From Candidatus Multivoradales bacterium (GTDB lineage: Bacteria > Acidobacteriota > Thermoanaerobaculia > Multivoradales > JAHEKO01), in contig CBDCXM010000009.1 of assembly GCA_965223855.1 (NCBI GenBank), positions 288,001 through 352,000 of the forward strand: a stretch of DNA of 64,000 bases, read 5' to 3'. The stretch's first letter is position 1. Each line of letters starts with the position of its first letter. The notes under the pieces are model-generated. The model was not told the DNA's origin and ran no database searches. It saw nothing but the letters and a program-made list of their open reading frames with translations. Below are positions 61,371 to 64,000 of this stretch, one piece after another. The position numbers were made by a program, and so were the translations under genes.

Positions 61371-64000
61371 GTGCGCCTGATCGAGTTCTCCCTCACCCGT
61401 CGGGTCACCATCGCCATGGGCGCAGTCGCCCTGGTGCTGTTCGGCCTCGTCGCCTTCCAGCGGCTGTCGATCAACCTGCTGCCCGATCTTTCGTATCCCA
61501 GCCTTACGGTCGAGACCCGCTATCCGGGCGCCGCCCCGGCCGAGATCGAGAGCCTCGTCACGAGACCGATCGAAGAGGTGATCGGCGTCGTCTCCGGCGT
61601 CCAGCGGCTGACCTCGACCTCGCGCCCCGGCCTCTCGCAGGTGACGCTCGAGTTCGACTGGAAGCGCGACATGGACTTCGCCGCGCTCGACGTGCGCGAG
61701 AAGCTCGATCTGATCCGCCTGCCCCAGCAGGCGTCGAAGCCGGTGGTGCTGCGCTTCGATCCGGCGAACGACCCGATCCTGCGGCTCTACCTGACCGGCG
61801 GCGAGAGCCTCTATCAGCTCCGCTACGTCGGTGAGGAGGTCGTCAAGAAGGACCTCGAGTCGACCGAGGGGGTCGCCGCGATCAAGGTCAACGGCGGCTA
61901 CGAGGAAGAGATTCAGGTGCGGGTCGACGAGGGCAAGCTCTCGCTCGTCGGGCTCACCATCCAGGACGTCAACACCAAGCTGCTGCAGGAGAACGTCAAC
62001 CAGGCGGGCGGCAGCCTCTACGAATCGGAAGCGCGCTATCTGGTGCGCGCCAACAACGAGTTCGAGGGCCTGCCGGACATCCTGCAGACGGTCCTCACCT
62101 CTCAGAACGGGCGCGTGGTGCGGGTCTCCGACGTCGCGCGGGTCGAGCGCGGCCACAAGCGGCGCGAGGTGATCACCCGTCACGGCGCCGAGGAGGCGGT
62201 CGAGCTCGCCCTCTACAAGGAGGGGGACTCGAACACCGTGCAGGTCGCGCGCTCGGTCAGCACGCGGCTCGCCGCGATCGCCGACGAGCTGCCCGAGGGA
62301 ATCGAGATCTCGACCGGCGTCGACCAGTCGAAGTTCATCCAGGCGTCGATCCGCGAGGTGCTCTCGAACGCGCTGCTGGGCGGCTTCATCGCCGTGATCG
62401 TGCTGCTGCTGTTCCTCAAGGATCCGCGGTCGACCCTCATCATCGGCCTGTCGATCCCGATCTCGATCGTGACGACCTTCTTCCTCATGTACCGCACCGG
62501 GACGACGCTCAACATCATGTCGCTCGGCGGTCTGGCGCTGGGCGTCGGCATGCTGGTCGACAACGCGATCGTCGTGCTGGAAGCGGTCTACAAGCACCGC
62601 GAGGCCGGCGAGAACCGCTTCGATTCGGCGCTCAAGGGTGCCTCCGAGGTCGGCCGCGCGGTCATCGCCTCGACGCTGACGACGGTCGCCGTCTTCCTGC
62701 CGGTGGTGTTCCTCGACGGTGTCGCGGCGCAGCTCTTCCGCGACATGGCACTCACCGTGTCGTTCTCGCTCGTCGCGTCGCTGGTGATCGCTCTGACGCT
62801 CATTCCGATGCTCGCCGCGGCGCTCGGGGCCACGCGGCTCGAGTCGGTGCCGACGCCACCGGCCGCCGGCCGGCGCATCGCGCGCTCCATCTGGCGTGTC
62901 TTCGTCTGGCTGCCGAGCCTGGTCCTCAAGGGGCTGCGGATCGCCGGCGGCTGGGTCGGCCGTGTGCTTACGATCGCCGCGAAGCCGATCAGCAAGGCGT
63001 TCGACGGCGTCCTCGGCACCGTGTCGAACGCCTATCCGAAGCTCCTGGGTTGGGCGCTCGCGCGGCGCATGCTCGTCATCGTCGTCGCGCTGGTGGTCTT
63101 CATCGGCGCCCTCGCGCTGGTTCCGGGACTCGGCTTCGACCTCATCCCCGCCTTCTCGCAGGGTGAGTTCAGCTTCCTCGTCGAGCTGCCGGAAGGGACG
63201 CCGCTCGAGGTGGTCGATCGCTACGTCGCCGAAGTACAGGACGTGGTGGCGGACGATCCGCGGGTCGGTTCGCTGTCGAGCATCGCCGGCGGACGCGGGC
63301 TGAGCCTCACCAACACCGGCACCGAGGGCGAGAACACCGCCCGCATCCAGGTGCTGATGGCCTCCGGTACGACGCCGCAGGACGAGCAGGCGGTGATCAC
63401 GGCACTGCGCTCGCGGTTCGACGAAACGCCGGAGGTCGCCTACAAGTTCGAGCGGCCGACCTACTTCAGCTTCCGCACCCCGATCGAGGTCGAGATCTAC
63501 GGCGACCAGCTCGAGGATCTGCACTCGGTGGCCGCCGACGTGCGCGGCCGGCTGGCCGAGCTGCCCGGCCTCGTCGACGTCAAGTCGTCGGCCGAGCTCG
63601 GCAACCCCGAGCTCCAGGTGCGCTTCGACCGCGCCCAGTTCGCGCAGCTCGACCTGGCGATCGGGACGGTCGCCGACACCATCCGCAACAAGGTGCAGGG
63701 CGAGGTCGCGACCCGGCTGACCGAGGGCGACCGCGAGATCGACATCGTCGTCCGCTCGGTCGACGTCGGCCAGGCGAAGGTGCGCGACATCGAGAACTTC
63801 ATCGTCGCGCAGCGCCACGGCGTGCCGGTCTACCTCAAGTCGATCGCCGACGTGTCGATCGTCGCCGGCCCGAGCGAGATCCGCCGTATCGGCCAGAAGC
63901 GCGCCGCGGTGGTCTCCGCCAATCTCGACGGCCGCGACATGGGCGCGGCGGCGGCCGACGTCCGCCGGGCGCTGACCGAGGTCGTTCTGCCCGCCTCGAC
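61371..64000 (+). CDS. RND efflux permease (AcrB/AcrD/AcrF family), runs off the window end
   Basis: GTG start after GGAG; MRLIEFSLTRRVTIAM...LLPDLSYP, TRPIEE, SIPISIV, GMLVDNAIVVLE, ASTLTTVAVFLP; frame still open at 64000. Confidence 0.95.
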   Translation, partial: MRLIEFSLTRRVTIAMGAVALVLFGLVAFQRLSINLLPDLSYPSLTVETRYPGAAPAEIESLVTRPIEEVIGVVSGVQRLTSTSRPGLSQVTLEFDWKRDMDFAALDVREKLDLIRLPQQASKPVVLRFDPANDPILRLYLTGGESLYQLRYVGEEVVKKDLESTEGVAAIKVNGGYEEEIQVRVDEGKLSLVGLTIQDVNTKLLQENVNQAGGSLYESEARYLVRANNEFEGLPDILQTVLTSQNGRVVRVSDVARVERGHKRREVITRHGAEEAVELALYKEGDSNTVQVARSVSTRLAAIADELPEGIEISTGVDQSKFIQASIREVLSNALLGGFIAVIVLLLFLKDPRSTLIIGLSIPISIVTTFFLMYRTGTTLNIMSLGGLALGVGMLVDNAIVVLEAVYKHREAGENRFDSALKGASEVGRAVIASTLTTVAVFLPVVFLDGVAAQLFRDMALTVSFSLVASLVIALTLIPMLAAALGATRLESVPTPPAAGRRIARSIWRVFVWLPSLVLKGLRIAGGWVGRVLTIAAKPISKAFDGVLGTVSNAYPKLLGWALARRMLVIVVALVVFIGALALVPGLGFDLIPAFSQGEFSFLVELPEGTPLEVVDRYVAEVQDVVADDPRVGSLSSIAGGRGLSLTNTGTEGENTARIQVLMASGTTPQDEQAVITALRSRFDETPEVAYKFERPTYFSFRTPIEVEIYGDQLEDLHSVAADVRGRLAELPGLVDVKSSAELGNPELQVRFDRAQFAQLDLAIGTVADTIRNKVQGEVATRLTEGDREIDIVVRSVDVGQAKVRDIENFIVAQRHGVPVYLKSIADVSIVAGPSEIRRIGQKRAAVVSANLDGRDMGAAAADVRRALTEVVLPAS

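Noticed and set aside
60852-63818. Very long antisense and alternative-frame ORFs (e.g. 96-1964, 36320-38995, 42428-44617, 60852-63818)
   Set aside because: Shadow ORFs typical of high-GC DNA, lying opposite well-supported genes, with Arg/Gly/Pro-rich motif-less translations

Overview
High-GC bacterial chromosomal window, densely coding. The gene content (a C-terminal 'IFSDDFESGDLSAWS' tail, an ECF sigma/Ser-Thr kinase-TPR pair, many secreted hydrolases) suggests Acidobacteriota, Thermoanaerobaculia-like; this is inference only. It runs from the 5' end of gltX to a partial RND permease. It contains an ECF/anti-sigma/DUF4097 operon, tkt-amn, a sigma-54 two-component cluster with DUF1328/BON/CsbD stress genes, many hydrolases and peptidases, an STK/FHA/ECF signalling cluster, and two tRNA-Ser genes (GCT and TGA). 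The most striking non-genic signal is that each tRNA-Ser is followed by a tandem array of ~170-bp structured units. Each unit carries an antisense copy of that tRNA's own T-arm, covarying hairpins with GNA loops, and a fresh copy of the tRNA 3' end. The two arrays share architecture but not sequence. A CTAG-flanked 183-bp palindromic MITE-like element, a probable frameshift in panE and several phased operator-like repeats were also found. All calls come from reading motifs by eye; no database searches were run.
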